Part shown: positions 49,245 to 62,520 of the stretch, one piece after another | How positions within the stretch are numbered: the first letter of the stretch is position 1 | How the letters are laid out: every line of letters begins with the position of its first letter | NCBI GenBank assembly: GCA_013265495.1 | Contig: MU058287.1 | Location: 62,001 to 126,000 of the forward strand | Length of the DNA: 64,000 bases | Direction of reading: 5' to 3' | Origin: Vicugna vicugna | Lineage: Eukaryota | The notes under the pieces: model-generated | The model's database searches: none | The model's input: only the letters and a program-made list of their open reading frames with translations | Told to the model about the DNA's origin: nothing | Made by a program: the position numbers and the translations under genes

Positions 49245-50285
49245 TGCTTTTCTGTACCTGTGTTCTTTCATCTGTAAAATCGGGATTATTGGAGCCCCTG
49301 GCTCACAGAGTTGTTGTGAGGATTAAATGAGATGGGTTACAATTAAGAAATAGGTGGGAGAACTAAATAGACATTCTTCCAGAGAGGACATGCAGATGGC
49401 CAACAGGCACATGAAAAGATGCTTAACATCGCAAATCATCAGGGAGATGCAAATTAAAACCACAGTGAGATACCACCTCACACCTGTCAGAATGGCTGTC
49501 ATCAGAATGAACACAAATAACAAATGATGATGTGGAGAAAAGGGAACCCTTGCACGCTGCTAGTGGGAATGTAAATTTGTGCAGCCACTGTGGAAAATAG
49601 TATGGAGGTTTCTCAAAAAACTAAAAATAAAACTACCATATGACCCAGCAATTCCACTCCTGAGTATCTAACAACAACAACAAAAAAGTGGTAATTTGAA
49701 AAGATACACTCACCCCAATGTTCATAGCAACATTATTTACAATTGCCTTAGTGTTCATCTAAGTATTCATTAGCAGATGAATGGATAAAGATGTGGTGTA
49801 TATATGTGTGTATATATATAAATATACACGTATGTAATGGAATACTACTCATCCAAAAAAAGAATGAAATTTTGCTATTGTACCATTATGGATAGACTTG
49901 GAGAGTGTATGCTAAGTGAAATAAGTCAGACAGAGAAAGACAAACCCTATATAATATCACTTTTATGTGGAATCTAAAAAATAAAACAAACTAGTGAATA
50001 GAACAAAAAAGAAGCAGACCCATAGATACAGAGGACAAACAAGTGGTTGCAATGGAGAGAGGGAAGAGGGGAGGGACAATACAGAGGCAGGGGGTAAAAA
50101 GAGTTATCATGGAATTATATGAAATCAAGTGTGTGAAACTTTTGAAAATTGTAAAGCACTATAGAATTTAAAGACTCTTCCATTCAATAAACATCTATTG
50201 ACCAAAAAAAAAAAAAAAAAGAATTGGATCAGTAGAGAGCCCAGAGAGCCTGACACACAATCAGCATTCAGTTATATTTATGCTG
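49245..50285 (+). mobile_element. MIR split by an L1 insertion
   Basis: MIR core 'tcatctgtaaaatcgggatt...gttgttgtgaggattaaatgagat' lies before the L1; MIR 3' part 'agagcctgacacacaatcagcattcagt' follows the poly(A). Confidence 0.75.
49340..50220 (+). mobile_element. 5'-truncated L1 in sense orientation with poly(A) tail
   Basis: ORF2 C-terminal sequence ('ctaccatatgacccagcaattccactcctg'), AATAAA at 50186-50191, A17 at 50204-50220. Confidence 0.92.
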
Positions 50286-50743
50286 GATTATATATTAAAA
50301 GCATTTTCTCAAGTTGCTAACTATTGTTCAAAGACTTCAAAGACATGATGTTTCAAGGATATATAACATCCCACAATTCCCTCAAGTTTCAAATATTTTG
50401 TTTTGGTCAGTTTAACAATTTCCAGATTGTTCATAGTATAAACTGTTAAGTGAAATAAATACTCTCGTCCATAAGTTTTTGTGACCAAGTAATGTGCATT
50501 TCTAAAAGTATTTTTAAAGACTCTGATTCATCTGTTCAAATTACAGTCTTGAAATATTGTACCCATTTGGAACTACACATTTCTATTACAGTATTTAAAT
50601 AAGGATTAAGTAAATGTAAGAGAATCTGGAGAAATGTAATAGAAAGCTAAAAACTTCAGAACCAGAATATTTGCATTTATTTATACCATGGGAGGCAAGA
50701 CAAATATAATGTCCATTATCTTGCATATTTAAAAGAAGCTTTT

Positions 50744-52157
50744 TTTCATTTTTTAATTGAAATATAGTTGATTTACAGTGTTGTGTTAGTTTCAGGTGGA
50801 CAGCAAAGCGATGCATATATATGTATATATATCTTCTTTTTCATATTATTTTCCATTGTAGGTTATTTCAAGATATTGAATATAGTTCTTTATGCTATAC
50901 AATAGGTAATTGTTGTTATCTATTATGTATATAGTAGTATGTATCTGTTAATTCCAAGCTCCTAATTTATCCCTTCCCCCCTTACCCTTTGGTAACCATA
51001 GGATTGTTTTCTACATCTGTGAGTCTGTTTCTGTTTTGTGAATAAGTTCATTTGTATCATTTTTTTTAGATTCCACATATGAGTGATATCTTATGATGTT
51101 TGTCTTTCTCTGTCTAACTTATTTCACTTAATATGATAATCTCTGTGTCCATCCATATTGCTCCAAATGGCATTATTTCATTCTTTTTTATGGCTGAGTA
51201 GTGTTCCACTGTCCATATGTATATATATCACATCTTCTTTATCCATTCATCTGTCAGTGGACATTTAGGTTGCTTTTTTGTCTTAGCTATTATAAATAGT
51301 ACTGCTGTGAATGTTGAGGGTATATGTATCTTTTTGAATTAGAGTTTTCGCTGTATATATGCCCAAGAGTGGGATTGCTGGATCATATGGTAACTCTAGT
51401 TTTTAAGGAAACCCCATACTGTCCTCCATAGTGGCTGCACCAATTTACAGTCCCACCGTCAGTGTAAGAGGGTTCCTTTTTCTCCACACCCTCTCCAGTG
51501 TTTATTATTTGTAGATATTCTGATGATGGCCATTCTCACAGGTGTAAAGCGATACTTCCCTATAGTTTTGACTTACATTTATCTAATAATTAGCGATGTT
51601 GAGCATCTTTTCATGTGCCTATTGGCGATTTGTTTGTCTTCTTTGGAGAAATGTCTGTTTAGATCTTGTGCCCATTTTTAACTGGGTTGTTTGTTTTTTG
51701 TTATTGAGCTGTATGAGCTGTTTGTATATTTTGGAAATGAGTCCCATATTGGTCACATCATTTGCAAATATTTTCTTCCAGTCCATTAGTTGTCTTTTTC
51801 TTTTGTTTATGGTTTCCTTTGCTGTGCAAAAGCTTGTAAGTTTGATTAGGACCTGTTTGTTTATTTTTGCTTTTATTTGTTTTGCCTGGGTAGACTGACC
51901 TAAGAAAGCATTGCTACGATTTATGTCAGAGAAGGTTTTGCCAGTGTTCTTTTCTAGGAGCTCTATGGTATCATGCATTACACTTAAGTCCCTAAGCCAT
52001 TTTGAGTTTGCTTTTGTGTATGGTGTGAGGGAGCGTTCTAACTTCATTGATTTACATGCGCTGTCCAGCTTTCCCAACACCACTTGCCGAAGAGACTGTC
52101 TTTTCTCCATTGTGTGAGTTTATTTCTGGGCTCTGTTCTGGTCCATTGATCCATACA
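50744..52157 (-). mobile_element. 5'-truncated lineage-specific L1 with perfect 14-bp TSD
   Basis: ORF 51619-52110 ([15 protein letters not shown]...[13 protein letters not shown]) is ORF2p. TSD TAAAAGAAGCTTTT at 50730-50743 and 52158-52171. Confidence 0.95.
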
Positions 52158-52174
52158 TAAAAGAAGCTTTTGTG

Positions 52175-52410
52175 TGATGAAATGAAAGCATTGTATTGAA
52201 GTCAAGAAGTCTAATTCCTATACTGACTGATCCAGGGATTTATATAAACTTGAGGAAGTCACTCTACCTCTCACAGTTATATAGTTACAGTTCATAAAAT
52301 GGTGATGCAATACCTATCTTAAAAGGTTTCTGTGGTCGTTAAATAAGATTGTTAAGCACCAGTCAAAGTCTTGGCACAAAGTAAGCACCTGTGGTTGACC
52401 ACAGTGTTAA
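52175..52410 (+). mobile_element. MIR SINE
   Basis: 'aacttgaggaagtcactctacctctc...taaaatggtgatgcaatacctatct...cttggcacaaagtaagcac'. Confidence 0.7.
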
Positions 52411-53054
52411 TGACCAAGAATACAATTTTTGCTGGAGAGCAGGCCTTCTGCCTTCCACATTTATTGCATCTGTAGATTCATAAAGTAGCAGAGTTCCCAT
52501 CAGGTGTCCTGGCTGCTCCGTGAATGGGCAGAGGGCAGAATTCCATGACATCTTTCCGTTGTACTGTCAACATTTTCAGTAGTCTTGGTTTGGATTCAGT
52601 TGACATGGTTCTCTTCCTTGATTGAACACACATTTAGCTCCAGCCTTGTTCCAAGCACTGAACCAAGCACTGGTGATCCTGGAATGAAAAAAAATGTAAT
52701 CTTTGTCCTTGATGGGTCCACAACCTAGACAGGAAGTGGGTGCCATCTTTCTTTTCTGGGTAAAATTCTTCTCTGTACTTTTAGTAAACATTTTTTATGC
52801 TCTTCCCTTGAGACATACACTGGTAGATATTTTAAAAGTTAAAAGTGAGTAATAAGAAAACCAGGCCCACTCCCCTGAGGTGGTAAGAATGTGGTATTAC
52901 AAGTTAATTAGCAGGCCTTGGTAGAAGGAGGATGGGCTTGTCATTAAAAGACCTGGGTTCACAGTCAGGCCTCAGAATATACTTGTTAAATGATTTTGAG
53001 CAGGGCAGGCCCCTGTGTTCAAAGCAGGAAAGTGAAAAGAGTCAAAATTCAATT

Positions 53055-54225
53055 GCTCATTCATTCATTTGGCAGGTATTTATTGAGTGCTAGGGATTCA
53101 CCAGTGAATAACATATACAACAAATCCCAGCCCTCGTGGAGATCAGAGTCCAGTGGGAGAAAGGGGAGGATATAAAAAATGTTTCTTGTGCAGGAGAAGA
53201 AAGGCAGTGGAGAGAGCTAAGGAGTACCATTAGGGAGGACGGGATGTAATTTTACAGAGAACTGCAGGGACAGCCTCACTACAAGCTAATGTTTGAGTGA
53301 AGAAAGTGAAGGAGTGATTCAAGGAATCAGCAAGTATAGGGGCTCCAAATGGGAGACCAGTGGGACTGGAGCAGGGAGGGTGAGGGAGAAAGTGGCAGGA
53401 GACAGGAAGAGCCTTGTGGGACATATTGTTAGAGACTTTGACTTCTGAGGGGGAGGGTATAGCTCAGTGGTAGAGTGCTTATGCTGCATGAGGTCCTGGT
53501 TTCCATCCCCAGTACCTCATTATAAATAAACAAACAAACCTAATTACCTTTCCCTCCAAAAAACAGCAACAACAACAGAGGCATTGACTTTGACTGCATA
53601 TGAGATAGGATGCTCTTGAAAGAGTCTGACCTGAGTGACATGATCTGACTTTTAACAGCCTCATTCTGGCTGCTGCAGAGAAGGGTAGAAAAACAAGGCA
53701 GTCAGATGGGAGGCTTTTCAACAATCTAGGTGAGAGTTGATAGCGACAGGGACTGTGGAGGGAGTAGTCGAAGTGGTACAGAGTGTCAGATTCTGGAGAT
53801 GATTTTTCTCAGGTAGCGCTATCAGGATTTGCTAACGAACTGCATCAGCAGAGCTTGGGGGATGCGTTACTATCAAGTCAGAGTTGCCATCCATGGAGAC
53901 GAGGCTGATTGTGGGAGAAGCAGATTTGTCAGGAAAGGAGTGCAGTTTTGGACCTGTTACATTGGAGATGCCTATGTGAAACATTCAAATGAGGATGTTG
54001 AATAGAAAGTTGGAATTCAAGGGAGAGGTCTGGGCTAGAGATGTAAATGTGGATAGGAGTCGTTATCACAGAGCAGGTATTCAAAGGCAGGAGACTGGAT
54101 CAGATCACCAAAGCAGTGCAAGCACCCGGGAAAGAGAAGAGCCCTGGGATATCCCAGAGTGTGGAGGGTTCAAACTTAGAGAGGACCCAGCCCAGAGACA
54201 GAGAAGGAGTAGTCAGTGGAACTAG
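53055..54225 (-). mobile_element. L2 LINE fragment with nested SINE
   Basis: Begins 'ctcattcattcatttggcaggtatttattgagtgc' (antisense L2 3' end), followed by a purine-rich L2 body. Confidence 0.85.
53449..53576 (+). mobile_element. tRNA-derived SINE, camelid Vic-1-like
   Basis: 'ggggagggtatagctcagtggtagagtgc...aggtcctggtttccatccccagtacc'. Shares the 'aaacc(t/c)aattacct' tail motif with the copy at 9988. Degenerate TSD AGAGACTTTGACTT / AGAGGCATTGACTT. Confidence 0.88.
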
Positions 54226-54869
54226 TAGAACAACCCACGTAAAAGCACATGGCATGCAGTGAACTCCCATATAGACAGCATCATACTACTGTAACACACT
54301 TCTGTAAACATGCAGGATATCATGATTTTTTGGTGCAAAATTTGATTGGAGTCTATTTCATGTGTAGCCTTTCCCCTGTTCACTGTGGTCACCATGAAAA
54401 GCATTTTTTTTTTTAGCTCAATGATGTCCTCAGGACCTGAAAGATTTAAAGACTTTTCCTCCCAGGGATTGATTCAGGCACAAGGACGATTTGAGCATCG
54501 CTGGCGCTGGTTAGGTGCGGCCCCATGCAGCATGTTTCACAGTAATGCTCAGGCAGAAATAGTCATCTCAGCCTCAAATTTACTACCTAAAAACACACTG
54601 ATTTCGGAAAAATGCCAAAGGAATTTAGGTCCACAAAGGTTATAATATTATTGAAACAGATATATACATTATTTACAATATGCTTTCAACATTAAGGTAA
54701 GACAGACCTGTTGATTGGACTTAAGACAGGGGCCAGTTTTTCTACGATATTTTAAAGACACCTTCCAGAAAATGTTTTTTGTAAGCTGGCTTTTGTCATC
54801 GGGTATCAGTAGAGAGCTTTTTCACAGGTTGGCTATATATATTCAATTTACAGAAATTAGTTTAATAGC

Positions 54870-55194
54870 TTGACACATTATGCTAAGTGAAGTAAGCCAG
54901 TCACAGAAGGACAAATACTGCGTGAATCCACTGATGTAAGGTATCTAAAATAATCAAACTCAAAGAACAGAGGGTAGAACGGTGGTTGCTAGGGGTTGGG
55001 GAGAGGGGATGAGGAGCTGCTAATTAACGAGTGTAAAGTCTCAGTTATGTAAAGTGAATAAATTCTAGAGGCCTGTTTTACGACATTGTGCCTATAGTTA
55101 ATAATACTGCATGGTGCACTTAAAATTTGGCAGGAGGATAGATCTCATGTTAAGTGTTCTTACTACAATAAAATAAAAAGAAAAAATTTAAAAA
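54870..55194 (+). mobile_element. L1MA-type 3' end with TSD
   Basis: 'attatgctaagtgaagtaagccagtcacagaaggacaaatactg' and A-rich tail. Flanks AGAAATTAGTTTAATAGC / AGAAATTAATTTAGTGGC match 15/18. Confidence 0.88.
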
Positions 55195-56485
55195 AGAAAT
55201 TAATTTAGTGGCCAAACCCCAAGATCTATCATTTATGTTGCCTTATGATTGGTAGTGTTACGAAGTAACTGAGTCATAATATCCTATTAAGAGTTTTACA
55301 ACAAAAAAGGAATCAAAAGACCGAAATAAAAAGATTGCTAAAGCCGTTTCTAAGTGGAGCTTCTAGACACTGTTCCTAAGAAAGAATTTCCATACTACTT
55401 TCTCATCACTTAGTAGCAGATTTCTAAGATCATGTCTGGGAACATTCTGGCTACCAGAGGGGCCTAGATTTTTGACCATATGTGCTCAATTTAAATAACA
55501 AACACATCATAAACTTTGCAACATGTATCTTTAAACCAAAGGCTTTTGAAGGCTAAGCAATTGAAAACTGTGGAATAATTTTCATAATATGTTGTCCTTT
55601 CAAAAGGTATCCATCTATAGGGCAATACTAGAGTTAAGTGGCATTTACTTCTGAGCATGGATAACGAACACTAGTTCAGAAGTGCAGAGGCAGCTGGTAC
55701 TTATCATAACAGACACATGCCGTGGATGGGAGAGAATGGCCCTGAAGCATTAGGCTTCCTAAACTCCCAGAGGCAAGGTAGCCTTTACAGGTCTCTAAGA
55801 TGGAGAGAAAAACGGTTACGTGCTTGCAGTAACCCATAAGCACTTTGGACTTTGCTGTCTAAGTGACTTGTCCGTTCCTACTCCAGTGTCCGGGATCCGG
55901 GGCTTCTAGCTGGGTAAAGATTCTTGGACAGAGGCAGTCACCCCTGTCTGTGCTTGCTGCTCAGTGCACCGATTGGTGTGATTCACACAGTGACAGCACA
56001 AGGGAACATAAGGTCACCAAAGAGAAAGGTCTTTCTGATTCTGCATTTGGGGAGATTTCACTCAGGATACTTTGATGTCACAAAGGAAGGCTGGGCTTTG
56101 TCTGTCCCAGGCTCAGTATCAGTAATGGATTTCTTTTCTTCATCGCTGAGGCAGATGCTGTATAAACTACATATAAGTATCCTCATGGACAGTCTGTAAA
56201 TTTAACATAATTTGAGGAACACCTCTAGGTAATATTTTCAGTTCAGTTCTAGCATCTGGTGTCAGTCGTGATAGAAAACATGGGTAGATCAGCTCTTCCT
56301 TGCCCTGCATAGTCTCACCTATGTGATGTCTTCCAGCATTTACCAGTTTGAAACATCAAACCTCAGCTGCTGCATTCTGATCAAGAGAGTTGACTGTAGG
56401 TTGAACATTCATGTAATATGAAAAATAAAAAAATTTATATATATGTATATTTTCAGAATGTGTGAGCATATTACACCTTCATGTT

Positions 56486-56854
56486 TGCAATGGACTGAAT
56501 CTTTGTATCTCCCTCCTCAAATTCACATACTGAAATCTTAACTCTCAAGGTGATGGTATTAGGAGGTGGCATTGTTGGGGCCTGATTAGGTCATGCTGGT
56601 GGAGCCCTAGTGGATGGGGTTAGTGCCCTAATGAAAGAGACCCCACAGAGTTCTCCTGACCCTTCTACCATGTAAGGACACAAAAGAAAAGACAGCCATC
56701 TGTGAACCAGAAACTGGGTCTTCCCAGACACCAAATCTGCCAGCACCTTGGTCTTGGACTTCCCAGCCTCCAGAACCGGAAGAAATAAACCTGATAGTTT
56801 ATAAGCCACTCAGTGTATGGTATTTCTATTATGCAGCCCAAACAGACTAAGACA
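56486..56854 (+). mobile_element. MaLR solo LTR (MLT1A0-like)
   Basis: Runs from 'tgcaatggactgaat' to 'gcagcccaaacagactaagaca', with internal AATAAA. Confidence 0.9.
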
Positions 56855-58969
56855 ACAGTACATAATGCTTTTCTCCCAAAGATCAGTTTAGCTTATCCTC
56901 CTTTCCCTCGGTTTCCCTTGCTCCTTCCCTCCCTTCTTCCTTCTTTACCTACCAACATTGCCATAAAAATATCACTATTAGTTATTTGGAGAAGCTATTA
57001 AAACCATTTTTTTAGCATCCACTCCAGTGTGGTCAGCAACCAGGGCTCCCTCGCTGGCAAGTGGTGTATATGTCCTACCTCTTAGAAACCATAGAGAAGC
57101 ATTTGATTTTTCTACTGTTAAAACCTTATGGTAATCATTTCAAATAATGTTAGTATTAATGATTGTGATTTTAGAAAACTACTCAAAAAATCTAATTTGG
57201 CATCACTTAGAAATTTGTGAACAGTTTTTTTTTGTTTGTTTTGGGGTTTTTTGTTTGGTTGGTTGGTTTTTGTTTTGTTTTGTTTTACAAAATTTAGTAG
57301 ACTATACCCTGGACAAGACAGTTTTTCATAAAGTTGTTTTTCCTAGCTCTCTTTAAAATTTGGCATTACGTTTAGGATGCTTTCTGTCATCAAGCGTAGT
57401 ACACTTCCTGACTTCTAACCAACAACAGATTTACTTTCATTTATTTGGTATTCTGGTGAGGAAGTTGTTGCTAGTTTTCAAAATTAATGTACCTTATGAA
57501 GCAACATAAAATATGTATCTTCTGTTTTCTGAGGCTTTAGAACTCTTAGATGTTTCTTTTTGAATTTATATTTTTAATTTACTTTGATTTCTTAATGGGT
57601 AGTATTGAATTAGAATCTCTCAGGAGACATTTCCAGATAAATACAGTCTTTAGAAGAAGAAATGTATATTTTTATTAATACCTGTTGGAACATCAGAAGA
57701 TTTTGGATTTTCCTTCCTTATTCCATCCACAATAAAAGTGATGAGAATACCTTTACCCCTTTATTGGGGATATTTATTTTTTAATTGTTCTGTCCATATA
57801 CAACCTTAGCTATTGATTCTTTTTTTTTTTTTGCTATTTATTAGCTTTTAAACACACTCTTTGTATGTTTATGAGAACAGAAATGTGGTGAGGTCAAAAG
57901 AAGATGCATTACTTTAACAAAACTGAAAGGAAAAATGCCATTTATATTTCTATTGATGCAAGACACTCAGTAACTATTCATTGTTTTATAAACATGTATT
58001 TTATATTGATATATTTAATTGATAGGTTTCTAAAAGATCTGATTTTTTTAAGAACCTATGCTTCTTGTATTTTGGTTCCATTTTTTTAAACTTTTTTTTT
58101 TGACCCAGAAATTTACAATAACATAATTATCACGTAAAATTCACTTCTTGCGGTATTTTTTTTCTCCTCAACTCCACTGACTTTTATCCCAGCCACCCAG
58201 GAGCTTCCTGCCAGGTCACCCCTGGATCTCGTGGTCATTGAGAACATCTCGACCTCTAGCTCATTTTTCCACCGCAGTCTCTCATCATTCACTTTGTTCG
58301 CTCCCACCAGATCTGTGACCACCTCCTCCCCCGCCCCTAAAAAAAGCCTCATGCTCCGTCACTCTCTGGATGTTTTCTCTAACCACGCTAAACCTCCTGA
58401 AAACCTCACTGCCCTCACCCCCATTAGGTCCCTTTGCCCGCCCTGTGTCTGGGGCACTGAGCATGACTGGAAACAAATGCAGGTACCCGCTGTGTTTTGA
58501 AAGCTCGCTGGGCACCTCTCTGCTTTTATGAAAGACCTACATTAGTACCTGTTTTCACGAAAAGCAGGAAACGCAAAAACAGTGTTCAGCATTTGTTTCG
58601 CAGTGAGTTGTTAACACATGCCCCTGAGCAGTGGGCCCCCCCGCCCAGCTCCTTCCCCAGGGTTCCTGGCAGCATTGCACTCAAGCCGCCATGGCTTTGA
58701 ACTGTGTCTGCGAGCTTCTGTGCTTTCTGTCACTTTTGTGCATCTGTTAGCAAGATGTGTCCTCAGGTAATTGCTTCCTCACTTTACCCTTTTTGGCTCA
58801 TGAAAGGTTTTCTAGGAATGCGCTACTTTCTGAGAGCGGGGAAACCTGTAAGACAACACTGCAGAAATACAGCCCTGCCATCCCCTTCTTTACAGGGCCC
58901 TCAGCATTTCCTGGCCATCCTTCCACCAGCCCCACATCAGGTCCCCTCTTTCTCCACTCAGCTGCCTTT

Positions 58970-59540
58970 GCCATGATCATTAATTCTGTAATTAGTAAAT
59001 GTATACTAATACAGCCCAGATGTGGTGCTAACCTCTAGGGATACAGTATCTAACTAAAACCAAACCCTGACCTCATTTGCCTACAAGAGAGTCAGGCATT
59101 TATAAAGTAGTAACATTAATGATGATTTCATTACACTTGAATCAAGTAGTGAAACACACAAAGTAAAAGGTGTCCTGAAATGCGTACTGGGGTAGGGCGG
59201 CTTTAACTTGGCTCTTGGTAGCATTTTATTGTTATTATTGTCTTCCCCTTATAGTTTTACCATATGTGCATCCCTGGAATAATGTGGATTCTTTTTTCAT
59301 TTCTTTTAGATCTTTATGTAAATAGTGTGGTACTTTTTCAGTCTTCTGAGACTTGCTTTTATTGTTCAATGTTATGCTTATACAACCATCCTTGTTGATA
59401 TATGTAACTCTAGGTATCTTTTCACTGCTGTATATTATTCTTTAAATACCTCTATTTATCCATGGTTGAGTCTGTGCACATTTGGGTTGTTTTTCTATTT
59501 TTTTTTTTTGTTGTTATAAACAATTCAGATATAAACAGGA
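58970..59540 (-). mobile_element. Old L2 and L1ME-like fragments
   Basis: 'gatgtggtgctaacctctagggatacag' (L2) and 'tttcactgctgtatattattc...cacatttgggttgttttt' (L1ME). Confidence 0.5.
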
Positions 59541-62470
59541 AAGGTGTGGTTAAAAAGATAGGTTAATTTTCAACATACATACAAAATTTAGTTTTGGCCT
59601 TTCACTTCAACCCTCTCTAACACAAGTACCACATGTTTGTAGCAAAAATAACTTGTTTCTTAATAGAAACTTAAGGTTATAACTTTGTTGAGAAGGTAAT
59701 GGTCATATTTACATTGTTACCTAAATAATTGAGAACTTGACTGTATTTCTTAGTTTCCTGATGTAATAAATAATGGTACCACTTCTAACTTTAAAAAAAA
59801 AATCATACTAATCTAAAGGACAGAAGCATATACCTAAAATTCCATTCTCATCCCAAGCTGTATTCTCTAGATTCTGGGAGACACATGAGACCATTCTTAG
59901 GTATAGACATCCTCAGCCTCACTGGATGATGCCATATGCAAAGTAATTGAACAAAAATATATTCTCACTTAGTTATCAGACTTTTCTGTATCGTTAATGA
60001 ATTGATAAAATGTCTTTGGGGCCTTAATTTTTTTCTGAGACTTTACTTTGTCACTTAAGTTGGTTGGTGACAGGACTCTTCCAGCTCTTGCTTCATAACT
60101 TCTCAAACTATAAGAACTCTGGAATTTTATAAATACTCTTATTCTTTAGGTAAAATATTGTGGAGTCATGATTAAACTAGTGGAGAACAGAAATGAAAAG
60201 AATGGTTCGTCTTCTGCCTTTTGGGCTCTGCACCAGTAAACTTCAGAGTGAGATATTAAACAAATTAATGTGGCAGAACAATGGCCAGTTTGAGTTAAAA
60301 ATAGAAAATATTGTCTGATAGGGAGTGCTACCAAGCCCCATCCAGAAGCTTCAGGCTGGCAGACTCTGTTTCTGAAGACAGAAGCCATCACCTAGAAACA
60401 GGGAACTGCCTTCTTAACTGTTCTAACTGTTCAGTTCCCTGCCAAGTGTTTATCTACGGTTACGCATGGTCTTTATGTAGACTCACTGTTAGACCAAAAT
60501 CAATAGATTTATGCGTATTTAAAATAGAAACATCTATGGACAGGCGCCATGTCTTTCTAAGTGGCTTTATTATTGCAACTTCACCTGCAGGGGTGAATGC
60601 TTAGTACACAGGGTTTAGTTTGTTATATGCAGCTTGTGCGTGGGTTATGTATGATTATCTGATTCTGTATCATCTAATCAGTTAAGACCTGATCGGGTCT
60701 TATTTCAGGTCAAGGTCTTTTTTATTTAGGTTTCAGACTTATCTAGCTCTTTAACTAACGATTTTGTTTGGCATTTAGGTCATCTTGTGCTGCAGTCAGT
60801 TGTTACCACGAGTAAAATTTTAGTCGGATAAAATAGATCTTACAGCATTAGAAAGTTTAATGCAACTTCAGGACAGGTTTGTGTTATTAAAGGTACAACA
60901 TCTTTTTTCTTCAGTAATTGTTCATCACTGTTCGCATTTAGCAAATGCAGATTCCACTAAGTTAGAGGTTAGATACTTCCAAATACCTTGACATTTGCCA
61001 CACAGTGTCTAATCATTTAGTAGGCTGTTTCTGCATTGCTAAATTACTAAGTATTTTGTACATATTAGGTAATCAATAAATATTTGTTAAATAAAGCAAT
61101 GGTGTGTTTAATTCAGTATCCGAAAGGACTCATGCTCATATTAACAGTTGAAAAATCTTTAAGCCTATAAAAGTTTTGAGTAGCTTCTAATGTCCGTGAA
61201 GCGCTGTGCGAACACCCGAGGGGAATTTTCCGTCATTATTTGCAGATTAGAATAGAATCTCTGGAAAGGTCCCTGCAGTGCTCTTCTGGGGATGTTGCTG
61301 GGACATGGCGTGATGCACCCACTACTTTGTGAAGACATCCAATGCCTTCTTTAGATGACTGTTCTCCTTGCTGCTTATGTATTGAAAGCTAGTGTGTGAT
61401 ATAACGAATTTTGTGGACAAGCTTTCCATTCCAAAGCTGCTCATCTAAGTGGGTTATTTCTGACCAAAAAGCTTATTTTTCTTTCTGTCTGTCTGAATGG
61501 ATTGCTTGCCAGGGTGACTTATGGCCTACTTCATCGATTTGCAGTAATGAGATAGAGCCATATGAGGTAAATGTCTGTGTTCAGGGGCAAGGATTCTAAA
61601 TCACATTCTGAAAACCACGGGCTTGATGATGCAATGAGTCCATCTCCTCAAAAATATTTGTGGTGAAGATTCCTTGAAAATGCTTGGGCTTAAAGCACTT
61701 CACTTAAATGGCGGATTTAGAAAAATAAGTTGCAATCATTAGAGTGAGAGAACCATATTGGCTTGTTCAGGCTAACTCTCTCCAAGGGTAGTAGCGGGAA
61801 GTTCACCAGGCGGTGCATCTGATGGGCACATCTCAGTGGATGAAGCAGGCAGAGAGAGCCTATGGGACTTTTAAATGCATTGATTTCTCTACAGAGTAGC
61901 ATTCTAACATGGAGCTGATCATGGCTTCTATGGAACTGATGCACCCCGTACTGCAGAACTGCACAGATGATCAGATGTCTCAGACAAAGGGCACTAGAAG
62001 CAAATGCAAAGGAATCCTTGCAGAAGTCACTCATCTGATTTCATACTGAGCCATGGTCACTTGGTGCCAAAATGCTTTTGGTATTCACTCTTGATCTTGA
62101 TAATAAGAAGGAGTTACACACTATTAAAAAGCAAGACATTTGTGGAATGGAGGCGGAGTCCCTTGCAGTCTGTGTTTTACGGTGCTGCTGTTTTGTAGCT
62201 CTTGTATACTTTCAACGTGGTATTTAACTCCTTCAGTCAAATCCACTTTTCATTGGACACATGTATTGCCATGGGTTGGTTTGGGGCAAGAACCGCCTTG
62301 AAAGTTTTATGAACTGAAAACAAAAGAGCTTTTTATGCTATATAGTGCCACATAATATATGACTCTGTGATATACAGGAAGGCCTCCAGATGTGTTACTC
62401 ACCCACCTGCGTAGGAGAAAATTACACACAGAGACACAGCACACACCAGGTATGTTGAATTGGCATGTGT

Positions 62471-62520
62471 TATCTGTCTGTCCATCTGTCTGTCTGTCTA
62501 TCTCTCCATCTATCTATCCT
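62471..62520. repeat. Degenerate (TCTG/TCTA/TCCA)n tetranucleotide repeat
   Basis: Read directly. Confidence 0.75.

Noticed and set aside
51619..52110. 163-aa ORF as a functional gene
   Set aside because: Frameshifted ORF2p fragment of a 5'-truncated L1.
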